Source: a bacterium
Lineage (GTDB): Bacteria > UBP14 > UBA6098
NCBI GenBank assembly: GCA_003645085.1
Contig: QNEE01000001.1
Location: forward strand, 1,282-65,281
Length of the DNA: 64,000 nucleotides
Direction: 5' to 3'
In this document: one piece after another, positions 9,901-21,900 of the stretch
Layout: each line of letters begins with the position of its first letter
Position numbering within the stretch: the stretch's first letter is position 1
The notes under the pieces: generated by a model
What the model was told of the DNA's origin: nothing
Seen by the model: only the letters and a program-made list of their open reading frames with translations
The model's database searches: none
Translations under genes and position numbers: made by a program

Positions 9901-12900
9901 GCCGTCGGTAGTCGTAGTGAAGACTGGTGAAACATTCCCAAGTGAAAGGTCGGAGAACCGGACCGTAGTTCCGTCCGATACCGGATTGTCTGTCGTATCC
10001 AGAACGTAGACGATAACATCAGCGGTGCTTGCGCCGTCTGCTGTGAGGATTGTCGGGACGACCGTCAGGTTAACCTCCTTGACCTCCGTTGAAGTGAATT
10101 CGATAAGTATGTTCGCGTGAGCATCCCCGGATGTGGCGGTAACGTTAGAGAAACCGCTGACCGAGCCGGAAACCAAGCGAACACTCGCACGCCCAGAACT
10201 ATCCGTATATGCCGTAGTAACAATATCACCCAACGTTGCCGAGAAAGTTACCTCTTCACCGGGGCTAACCGGATTGCCATATTCGTCATAAACCTCTACG
10301 AATATTGTGCATATATCCGCGGAATTTGCGCTAATAACCGTATCCGAAGCCGAGATATACATAACTGACGGCGGTCCCGGCACGAACCGGGCATAAGCGG
10401 TATCGATTGCGGTTCCGCCGGCGCTTGCTGTTACATATACGGTATCTGCCGGTGTGGTTCCCGCAATAAGACTGCTCGTCGCAACTCCACCCAGTGTATA
10501 AGCTACCGCCGGACTGATAATCCCGTCGCTTGTTCCGAAACGAACCATCGTGCCGTCGGAGACCGGAAGACCAGTGGAATCCCATACTACCGCTGTAAGA
10601 TTAGCGGTTTCGACACCGTTTGCCGTTAGCTGCGGCGGATTAACCACGAGAAGTAACGATTCCGCAAGAAGCGGAAGGAAATTCAACGTCGCATATCCCG
10701 TAACTCCGCTGCATCTCGCAGACAAACTCGCCGTGCCGAAATCTGTTTCTGCAATAACCACCGTATAGGAAAACCCGGAATCGTTTGTTGCGCTTGCAGG
10801 TGTAACATAGCCTATAGTGATATCGTAACTAATCGGCAGACCCGGCGTAACGGGGTTCCCGAAAGCATCTGTAACCTCGACCCATACCGTCTGTGTGTCC
10901 GCCCCGTCCGCATACATATCCCTTATCGGCAGGACGAATGCGACAATAGCAGGCGGACCGGGTATGAAATCGACCACAGCGGTATCCGCGACAGTCGGGC
11001 TTACCGAAGCTATAATTGTGTCGGGACCCGTAGTAATCCCCGCGATAAGCTGCGCTGTAACCTGACCGTCCACAGTATAAGCCGTCCGCGGGGTTACGAT
11101 ACCACCACCTCGACTTTCGAAAAATACGGGGGTATTATCCGAAACCGGACGAATCCCACCCGTCGTATCCAATACCGAAGCGAGAAGGTTGCTGGTAGAA
11201 CTGCCGTCGGCGAGAATACGTATCGGGTTCGCGACGAGGTCTATTACGTCGGCAGTAAGCGCATAGAAATAGTATGGTCTGCTGCCGACAGCGACACCGC
11301 TTCGAGCGGTTACAAAAGCCGGACCGGTTTCCATACTCGAAAGAAGCGTTCGAGCCGTCCCCGAATCCGAATCGACAACGCTCGGCGAGATAATCTCGCC
11401 ACGGCTGGTCTCGAATGTAACCTCGGTTCCGATATTAACAGGATTATGGTAAGCGTCGTAGACCCTGACAACGACATCGTAACCTGCGCCGTCGGCCGGA
11501 AGCGTATCGGCATAAGTCGTATCGAACTCGATAGTCGCGGGTTCTCCAGGAATATAGGTAACCATAGCCGAATCGACTACTGTGGCGCCGACTGTGCCGA
11601 TAATCAACCCCTGACCGACATCGACGGGTGCGGTAAGAATCGCGGTAGCCTGCCCACCGGAAGTAAACGCGATACGCGGAGTGATAATACCTGTAGGCCG
11701 GCCTCCCGTCGTATCCTGTGTGAACGTAACGCGCGTATTATCGCTAACTGGTAATCCGCCGGCATCGTAGACATAGGCCGTAATATCCGCGGTGCTCGTC
11801 CCGTCTCCCGGAAGTATAGTCGGTATGACATTTACGATAATTTCGGCAGCAGTGAGCGAGTCGAAGAACACATCCACAAACTCGATAGCCTCTCCGCAAC
11901 GAATAGTTACCAGCGCGTGTCCCGACTCGGTAGAAGCGGTCAATCGGGTAAAGGCATAACCGGAAGTATTTGTATAGCCTGTTGGAATAATAGAACCGAG
12001 TGTCGTCTCGAACGATACGGGCGTAGCGGGAGCAACCGGGTTCGGATAGCGGTCGTAAACGGTGCATGCAATGGCAGCCACAGATGCGCCGTCGGCATAT
12101 AAAGTCCCGGGGATGGCATACGCGACTATCCGCGAAGCCGGTCCGGGATTCAGGCGAATGGTAGTTCTACCGGTATCGGACCCTGCGATAGCCCATATTT
12201 CGATACCGGGTGTAGCGACTGTATCCGCTTTGAGTACCGTAGTCGCTACTCCGCTGTCGGTATAGGCATCTGCGGGTAGCGGCAGCGCAAGACCGCTGGG
12301 AACCTCGAAACGAACCTGAGTATTGTTCGATACGAGATGACCGCCGGCGGAATAGACATAAGCATAGAGCTTGGTTGTGCTCGTGCCGTTGGCTACAAGT
12401 TCGGCAGAATCTGCAACGAGCAGGACATTATCGACAGTAGTAGCTTGTAGATTTATTTCTCCGTAACCCATAGCCTCGCCGCAATAGGCAAGAATAACGG
12501 CGTTGCCGGGTTCGAGTCCGGCGACCAACAGGGATTTGGCGATACCGGAAGTATCGGTTATCGCCGTAGGCGTTATCGTCCCGAGGCTGGTTTCGAATCT
12601 CACATTTTCCCCGGCTTCGAGATGGTTCCCATACTGGTCGAGGACTTCTGCGTAGATGAATATATCGTCGGCACCATCGGCCCAGATAGTATCGGTTGGA
12701 GTATGAGCCGTATCCGACCAGACGTTGATTGTCGTGGCCGGTCCGGGCTTTACAAAGATACGCACGCTATCTATAAGAGTATCCGGAGGCACCGCCATAG
12801 TGTCGAACACCTCTCCGATAATCCAGGCTTCACCAGTGCCGACCTGTGTGCTGGCAGTAAATATTGTTACACAACTACCGCCGAAAGTCAGCTTGGGTGA

Positions 12901-15900
12901 AACAACTGTCCCGGCCGTATCCGCAGGCCGGACGCGGAAATTGACCCGCGTGCCGTCCGTTATCGGGCTGCCTTCCCAGTCGAAAACCTGACAGGTTATA
13001 ATAGATTGAGACATACCGTCGGCGACAAGCTCGACAGGGTCGGCAGTCAACAGCAATGCACCGACATCGCTCTTGCGGAACGTAACTTGCGTAAGCTCGA
13101 ATTTCCCGCTGCTTTGCGCCCAGACCCGTGCGATTCCCGGTTCGGTCCCGGCGGTTAACATAGAGAAAGCGTCCCCAGCCGAATTCGTCATCGTATTCGA
13201 CGGCGCAATAGTTCCGAGGTCCGTTCCGAACGAAACGGATTCACCTGAAAGCAGTCGATTGCCGAAATCGTCGTAAAGAGTGGCGGTTATTTGCGATTCG
13301 TCGCGTCCGTTGGCCGCTATCGTATCCGGATTGGATTGTATATCGATAAACGAGAGAACTCCCGGTAATATCTGGATAAATACGGCGTCGCTTATCGTAT
13401 CGACCGAAGCTTGTATCCATACGCGACCACGTTTTGTTGTAACACGAAATTGAGTCTCCGCGATACCTGTCGTTGTGTAGGCTATCGTCGGTATTAATGA
13501 ACCGAGCGTATCCGACGGCGTAAGCAGTGTATCCCATATCGTATCCGGCCACATCGAGAATATTACCGGCGTGCCGTCGGATACGGGATTTCCAAGGCTA
13601 TCCAGGACGCTGGCCCGGCACGTTGTTTCGGAATACCCGTCTGCCTGCATAACGACATCATCGACCATAAGCGCGACCGTGAAGACGTTAGTCGGTGTAA
13701 ATACAACGTCGACTTCCCCGCGAGCGATTCCTGAACGACCGACCACTCTCGCAACACCTTGGTCGAAAGAACTGCGAAGGTAGACCTCGACTACACCCGC
13801 GCTGTTCGTTTCATCCGACACCGGGAACACTTCCCCACGACTTGTAGAGAACGTTACCTCGATACCGCCTCTAACGGGATTGCCGAACCGGTCGAACACA
13901 TAGGCGCGGATTGTATCCACACTGAAACTGTCTGCCGGTAAGGTTCCGATGGAAGCCGCCATATAGATGCTGTCCGGTTCCCCGGGAACGAGGTCGCACG
14001 AGACCGAATCGGAGATATAGAAACCGAGCGTATCGCCGACATAACCGACGATATGGCAGGTTTGCGCTTTCGTCCCCGCTGTAAATGTCGAAACAAAGGA
14101 ACCACTATCGGTATAAGCTGTTCCCGGCGAAATATATCCGAGGTCGATGCCACTCGTGTCGGGTATTACATATATATGAACGGGTGTCCCGTCCGTAATC
14201 GGATTCCCTAGGCTATTACGAACCATTCCTGAAACCTCCGCCGAGGACCGACCGTCTGCAACAAGCAAACTCGGGTCTATCGTAATAAACATCTCATCGA
14301 CGTTAGCCGGTATAAAATCGACACGACCGACATCTACCGCTTCGCCCGAAGTCGCGGTAATTAAGGCTGTTCCCGGGACTATCCCGCTTTGCAAACTCGT
14401 AATAGCGACTCCTGTCGTGCCGGCTATTATTTCCGTAACGGCGATAGTATCTATATTACCGAGAGTCGTCGAAAAATAGACGAGGTGCCCCGGCGCAACG
14501 CGGTTACCCATCGGGTCGAAGACATAAGCATTGATATCGGTGCGCGATGCCCCATCCGCGATAAGACTCGCCGAATCGGGGATTATTTCTATTAGATATG
14601 GTTCGCCTGCCCTGAAAGAAACATAGACCGTGTCCGAGACATAATACGTATCAGTCGGGTCGCCCACATAGCCGATAACCATAGCGGTATCGACATCGGA
14701 ACTGGCGCGGAGAGTTACCTCGGCAGCACCGCTCGTAGTATATGCCACACCGGGGAATATATTCCCCGCACTTGTCGTGAAGAAAATCGGCGTGGAGTCC
14801 GAAACACCGACCCCGGAAGTATCGAGAACGAGTGCATGCACTATCGTTTGGCTTACACCGTCGGCGATAAGAGACATACTATCCGTGAACAGGTCGATAG
14901 CGCCGACTGTAAGTGGAATAAGGTCTATCATAGTATAGCCGGCCGGGCCGCTCTCGCATGTTCCCGTGATTACCGCTCTGCCGACGCCGACACCCGCCTG
15001 GAAAGTTACATCGCTCGGGCCTGTAATATCTGTAAACGTATAAGTCGGGAACATCGTTCCCAGTTCCGATTCGGGGCCGACGACGAAATTAATTCGCTCA
15101 CCAGATTCCACAAGATTGCTATACTCGTCGTAGACCCATGTTCGCACTGTGCATATACTCGAGCCGTTGGCATAAAGGACGTTCGGGATAGCCTGCATAG
15201 TTACGCTAAACGGCGGTCCGGGCGTGAATATAACCTGAACGGTATCCGATAGCGAATCGGCCACTCGCGCCGAGACATAAGCCGTTCCTGTATTCGGCTC
15301 GGAATAGAGCCTGACGACCGCCTCGCCGTCCGTGGTCGTGGCGAGTGTGTCTATGCTGCCGAAATCGGCTCCGCCGCCGTCGACAGAATGGAAAATTACC
15401 AGAGTTCCGTCGTTGATAGGTTGCCCGAGTTCGTTGAGGACCTTGGCTGTTACCGTAGAATAGCTTTCGCCGTCGGCTGGTATCCGTCTCGGCTCTGCGC
15501 GAAGGCTTAAATACGCTGGCGGTGCGATATCCAGATTAACCTGAACTACCGCATGGCGGCCCTCCGCCTCGATATCTATACGTGCGATTGTGGGCACAAC
15601 TCCGGCAGTTAGCACTGCGTCGGCCTGCCCGGAAGAATTAGTATAGGTAACGTTTGGTGTTATCGAACCCGCGGTAGTCTCGAAACGAACCTCGATGCCC
15701 GCGCCGACCGAGTTGCCGTAGCGGTCGTATAACCTCGCGTGGACAATCGTGAACGCCTCGCCGTTGGCGGGTATCGCTGCGTCGTCGGCCCAGGCCTCGA
15801 TGCTGTCCACCGGGCCGGCAATCAGGTCGAGGAAAGTGTTCGCGCAATTAGTGCTGTCTGTGCAAGCCTGAACCCAGATTCTCCCGGTTTCCGTCGCGCT

Positions 15901-18900
15901 GCGAATTTGCACTACGGCTTCGCCGTCTGTGGTAAAGCCGACAGTCGGCGATATAAACGCTTTCGCCGTATCATCCGGCAATCCGGAAACCGTGTCTATG
16001 CTGAAATAGACCGGCGTCCCGTCGCTTATAGGCATACCGAGGCTATCCGTAACATAAGCCCTTACGAATGTGCTGGAAAGCGCATCGGCGACTATCGCAC
16101 TCGTGTCTGTGGTTACGCTTATATATCGAACGTCCGAATTAGTAAGTATCAAATAAATCTCGTTATGCGCCTCTTCTGCAGATACTCTTACTCTGGCCTC
16201 TCCCGGAACGCGTCCGGAAGTGAACAGTGCGTTCGCGTGACCGAAGGAGTTTGTCGTCTCGGTCGTCGGGTCTATAGTCCCTTTGTTTGCATCGAAACCG
16301 ACTGTAACCCCGGCGTCTACAGGGTTGTCGTAACGGTCGAATATCTCGACGTGGATATCGCTGGTAGAGAAACTATCCGCCGGTATAATAGTATCGGATG
16401 CCTCTATATAAATACTATCCGGAGGTCCCGGGATAAGCTCTATCATCACGCTTTCTATCACGGTCGGGCTGGCTTCTGCAATAATATAAGCTGTCCCGGC
16501 GTTGCGGTCTGCGGTAAGCGTAGCGTAGAACCATCCACTATCCGTATGCGCTGTTCTGGGCATCATATTGCCATAAGGGCCGAGACTATCTGTCGTTACG
16601 GACAATACTACGGGACTGCCGTCAGAAATAGGTCCCCCGAGGTCGTTAACCACGCGCCCGGAAACATCGGCGGTGCTATAGCCGTCCGCGACAATCTCGA
16701 CCGGGTCGACATATAAGAACATATCATCTGCCTGTGTATTGGTTAAATCTACCGTAGTTTGTCCTATGGCGGTGCCAGAAACTCCCCAAACAACAGCCGT
16801 TCCGGGTGTAATACCGGAATACAAACGCACAGTAGCTTCACCAAGCGAATTCGTATAAGCCGCCGAATCTATTGTCCCAAGTGTAGTGGAGAAATTGATT
16901 TTTTCGCCCGCTCCAACTAGATTGTCGTTGAGGTCGTAGACAACCGCCTGTATAGTGGTATAAGTATCGCCGTCGGCGGGGATACTCGATGGAATTGCGG
17001 TTAGAGTGATTGTTGCCGGAGGTCCGGGAACGAAATCGACAGTGCAGGTGCCGGTTACGCTATCGCCGGCGTCGCCGGTTATCGTCGCTGTGCCTACCGT
17101 CGTGGCGCTACGCAACGTCGTGGTCGCCTCGCCGTCCACAGTATAACCGATACCGGGGAAAACGAACCCAAGGTCTGTCGAAAACCTGATAGGAGTATTA
17201 TCTGGAACGGAAAAGCCCGAACTATCGCTCACAAAAGCCCTGATAGTAGTAGTGCTAATACCATCCGCCACAAGAGAAGCTGTATCCGAGGAAAGATATA
17301 TTTCGGCCGCCACAATGGTTGTGAAACAAACGTCGTCGTAATCGGTATAAACCGTTCCACCTTCGTCTTCCGCGCTCGCAGATACCCAGGTAACACCTAT
17401 TACGTCGGAATATATCTCTGTCGTAACCTGACCGAGACTATCGGTGTTACCGACGGTAACGGCAAAACTACCGAACGGCGCCGCCGAGAACGTAACCTCG
17501 ACGCCCGATACGGGATTATCGTAAGCGTCATAGACCGTCGCGATAACGTCTGCGGTCGATATCCCATCTGCGGGGACGCTATCCGGAGTAACCTGAACCG
17601 TAACTCTGGCAACATCTCCGGCGATAAATTCTACTATCGAACTATCCGAAAGACCGTAGACATCCCCATAAACGACCGCCTTCGTAACAATCTCTGGCGC
17701 GCGCCAAGTAATACTAGCGTCTCCGCCGGCGGTTACCGCGAATGTATCCATATCTCCTACGGGGAATCCGGTATAAATATCTCGGTTCCAGAAACGCACG
17801 ACGGTTCCATCGGCTACCGGTTCCGCGTATTCGTTAAGAACCCGCGCCTTCACAACGGTAGAATCTGTTCCGTTTGCGACAACCCTGTTCGGGTTCGCGG
17901 TAACCGTTATATATGCCGCTATCGGCTCTATTTGCTCGACATCGAAAAGGGCTTGAGCGGTTATTTCATCTGCCGGATAATTACCGTAAGGTCCATTTAC
18001 ATATTTCGCAATCATCGCCGCAGTTCCAACAACGTTGGATGCGCGGTAAATTGTATGAGCCTCCCCTTGACTATCGACAATAGCAGGGGTCGAGATTAAC
18101 CCCGGGACAATGGTAATACCGGGGTCGAAATCGAATAATATCGGTGTTCCGGGTCTAGCATAGTTTAAATATACGTCTCGGACGGTGGCTGTAATCGTGC
18201 TGCGTGCCCGTCCGTCTGCAAAAATGGAATCCGGGTCAACGTCCACCTCGATATACACCGGGCAATCAGCAACATAGTGGACGAACGCTGTATCGGCTAT
18301 CATCCCGGAATCGGCCGAAGCGATAATAGTATCTACCAATGCGGCCGTTGTCGCGTGAAGTTCCGCCGAAGCTTCACCTCCCACTGTAAACCCGAATCCG
18401 GGGACAAGGGTGCCTCGCGATGCCGTAAAATCTACTTGTGTATCGTCGGATACTGGCCGACCGCCTGCGTCGAAGACGCTCGCATGAACTACGGTATTTC
18501 CGCCGACAGTAATCTCGATATCGTCGGTATATATAATTATATATGCAGGGCCAGTAGAAATTATTTCTATTGGCACGGTCTCGACAGCACCGTCGATAGA
18601 AGCGCGGATAACGACCCTGCCGACTATAGTCCCGCCGGTATAAGTAGTTCTGGCGACGCCGAGGCTGTCCGTGGCCATCGGTGAGATAACATTCCCCATC
18701 GTATCCGGAATCGCCTCGAAAGTAACGTCCCTGCCGGATTCGGCGTGGTTCCCGAAAGCGTCGTAACATTCTGCGACAATCTCGGAACGTTCGCCGCCGG
18801 CGGAAAGCAGTGTATCGGGCGTAGCAGTCAATATTATAGTAGCCACCGGGCCGGGGCCGACAGTTATCGTCTTCGTATCGGCGACAGCATCGCAGGTCGC

Positions 18901-21900
18901 GATAATAACCCCCCTGCCGGCGATAGTATCCGGGTGGAACGTGGCCAAAGCCTGACCATCCGTAGTAGTCGGGCTTGCCGGGTCGACAAATCCTATCTCC
19001 GGCAAATCGACAGTAAAATGAACCCGGGCGCCATCGCGAATCGGGTCGCCAAGACTGTCATAGACCTGAGCCTTAACACCCATCGTTTTGCCGATATGCA
19101 CGTGCAGGCTATCGGTAGTTAATACGATTTCTCCGGCGGCACCGGGGCCGATATACACCGTTTTTGTGTCGGCTACCGAGCCGACAGTCGCTATAATATC
19201 GCAGTCCCCGGCGAACGTATCCGCGCGGAATTCAGCCGTGGCCACGCCACCGGACGTTATGGGGTGCGCCGGAACGACCTCGCCGTAACCGACCGGCTCG
19301 ACGGTGAAATTGACTATCGTTCCGTCGGTTATCGGCGCTCCGATACTATCGAAAACCTCGGCGGTAACACCCATCCGGCTTTCGAAATCGAGAGTCGTGC
19401 TATCTATCGATAGGACAATATCGCCAGCTAAAGCTCCTGTGAGCCAGACGCTCACGTTTTGTGTTACATCCGGGTCGGAGATAAGTTTGGCGTTAATTAC
19501 AGCTTCTCCGGTTGTATAATGGCTCTTGAATTTGGTGCTACATATACTCGCCGCATTCGTTATCTGGGTTTCGAGTGTTAAATGGCCGAAATCCTCGCTA
19601 CCCGTAACCATAGAGAACTCTACAAGATGGCCCTCGCCGACCGGATTGAAATGAGCGTCAGTTAAATAGGCCTCGATAATGCTCGAGCTCGCGCTGTCTG
19701 CGGGTATCGTATCAGGGGTTGCCGTCAACTCTATCCTCATAGGAACATCGGGCATAAACGCAACCTGCATACTATCCACCGCGCTATCCGCGACCCCTGT
19801 AACAACGGAAACATAGACCCACGTTGTGCCTATCGTGGTCGGCGCGATTAGTAATACCCCTGCATAACCCGGAAGCAACGAACCTTCCCCCGTATATGTT
19901 GTGAATTCATCATAGAAAGGAGCCATATCGTAAGCTGGCGAGCCACCCCCCATCAGGCTTCTCGGGTCGACACGCGCCCTTGGGGCGCTTTCCGCTATAT
20001 CTTTCTCTTCGCTTATTCGTTCGATTACTCCTATATCGCCACCGTCGCCTGTAAATAGCGCCGTTCGCCTCGCGAGCGGCATAAACGTTCCCATATCCGT
20101 GCGGAATGTAACCGGTGTGCCGTCGGAGCAGGGCCTGTCGTAGTCGTCGGTAATATAAACAAGGATAGTGCATTGGTCGGCGCCGTCAGCCGTAGCCGAA
20201 TCGAAATCCGCGAGAACGCGCAACTCCTTCGGCAGAATCGGATAGAAATATATTTGTCCGTGACCCGGCGTAGCTCCGGAGGCGGTCGCCGTAATCGTAT
20301 GCCACCCGGTGTTTCGCGAACTCGTCAGTTCGGTTTGCGCGCGCCCGGTGGCGTCGGTATTGTCCGAAACGGGATTAACCGAACCGCCGTCCTCGTCGGT
20401 AGAAAAAGTAACCTGAATTCCAGCCCCGACGGGATTGTCGTAAGCATCGAAAACATCCGCCCAGACCGTGCAAGTATCCTGATTATCGGCGAGAATGCTG
20501 TCGCGGCTGAAACTAACGTCGATTCGGCTCGGCTCTCCGGGAAGGAACGGAATATAAATCGTATCCGTAGCCGTAATCACAGTATCGGCAAGCAGTGTAT
20601 CGAACATTTGATACCACGCAGCGACCATACATGAATCGGCAAGGTAACCGCTTGTTAGAATAACACTGCAAAAACCGCCCGAAGTCGTCGCCTCGCGACT
20701 ATCCGCCGTAAAATTCCCTTTTCCTTTATCGAGCAACGACCTTTGCCGAACTCGCGAACTCGATAATGTCCCGAGGTCCGTAAAGAACTTTATCCGGACT
20801 CCATCTGTAACCGGGTTATACAACGAATCGAGAACCTCGGCCGTTATAATAGATTGGCTTAAACCGTCGGCGGGAAGCTGGTTCGGCAGTGCATTCAACT
20901 GGATATATTTTGGAATTGTGCTTGTCAAAAGCACTTCGGTGTAACCCGATGCTCCTTCGCAGGTCGCGGTAACGCGCGCGTAACCCGTCGTTACTCCGCT
21001 GGTTAATACTGTAGTTGCGCGTCCGGCGGTATCGGTCAGCGCGGAGGCCGGGAACACAGTTCCTTTATCGGTTGCGAAATCGACCGTCCAGCCGGTATTG
21101 CAGGTATTGCCGTATTCGTCGTAGACCGTCGCCGTTATTAACGTAGTATCGTGCCCATCGGCGTTGATTACGGTTCTCGCGGCGTCCACAACCACACTTA
21201 TCGGGTCGCCGGCTGTGAACGTTACATAAGCCGTATCGGCGATAGTTCCCGTAGTTCCGACCGCTGCGCTGGCGGTGAGTTCGACCTTGTGAGCCGTCGT
21301 GGAACTTCGTAAGCGGAGACGTGCGTATCCGTCCACTGTATATGCGACCATCGAAACGGCCGGACGCCTTTTAAAAGTCAGTGCCGCCGGGTGGCGAAGA
21401 GCCGCCATAGCCGGACTCGTTTTCTTCGAGTTTGGCGCAATCCTGCCCCTTCCGACCTCTTCTGCAGGGGCGGATTTATAGGCCTCGATGGGCAATAGTG
21501 TGCCGTCCTCGGCAGTAAATAGGATTTCCGTGCCGTCGGGCGCCGGAGTTCCAGTCGCACCGACCGTTACGTAAGCCGAAAGTTCTGTCTCGCTGTTGCC
21601 GTCCGCGGGAATACTCGTCGGGTCGGCCCGAAGGTCGATAAAATCTACATCCGGAATTTCGAGTATCCAGATGCTGTCCACAGCGGACACCGAATCGTAA
21701 ATCCCCTGCACCGTAGCGGACATAACCACCAGCCTGCCAGTATTGGGCGCGATAAAGTGTCCGGTAACTATACCATCCGCGTCCGTAATAGCATAATTAT
21801 CTACCGTAAGGATAATATCACCGAGATTGCCCTCGATAAAATTGAAAAGAACCTTATGGTTCTGGAGACCGCTATAACTGGCATCGAGAACGGTCGCGGT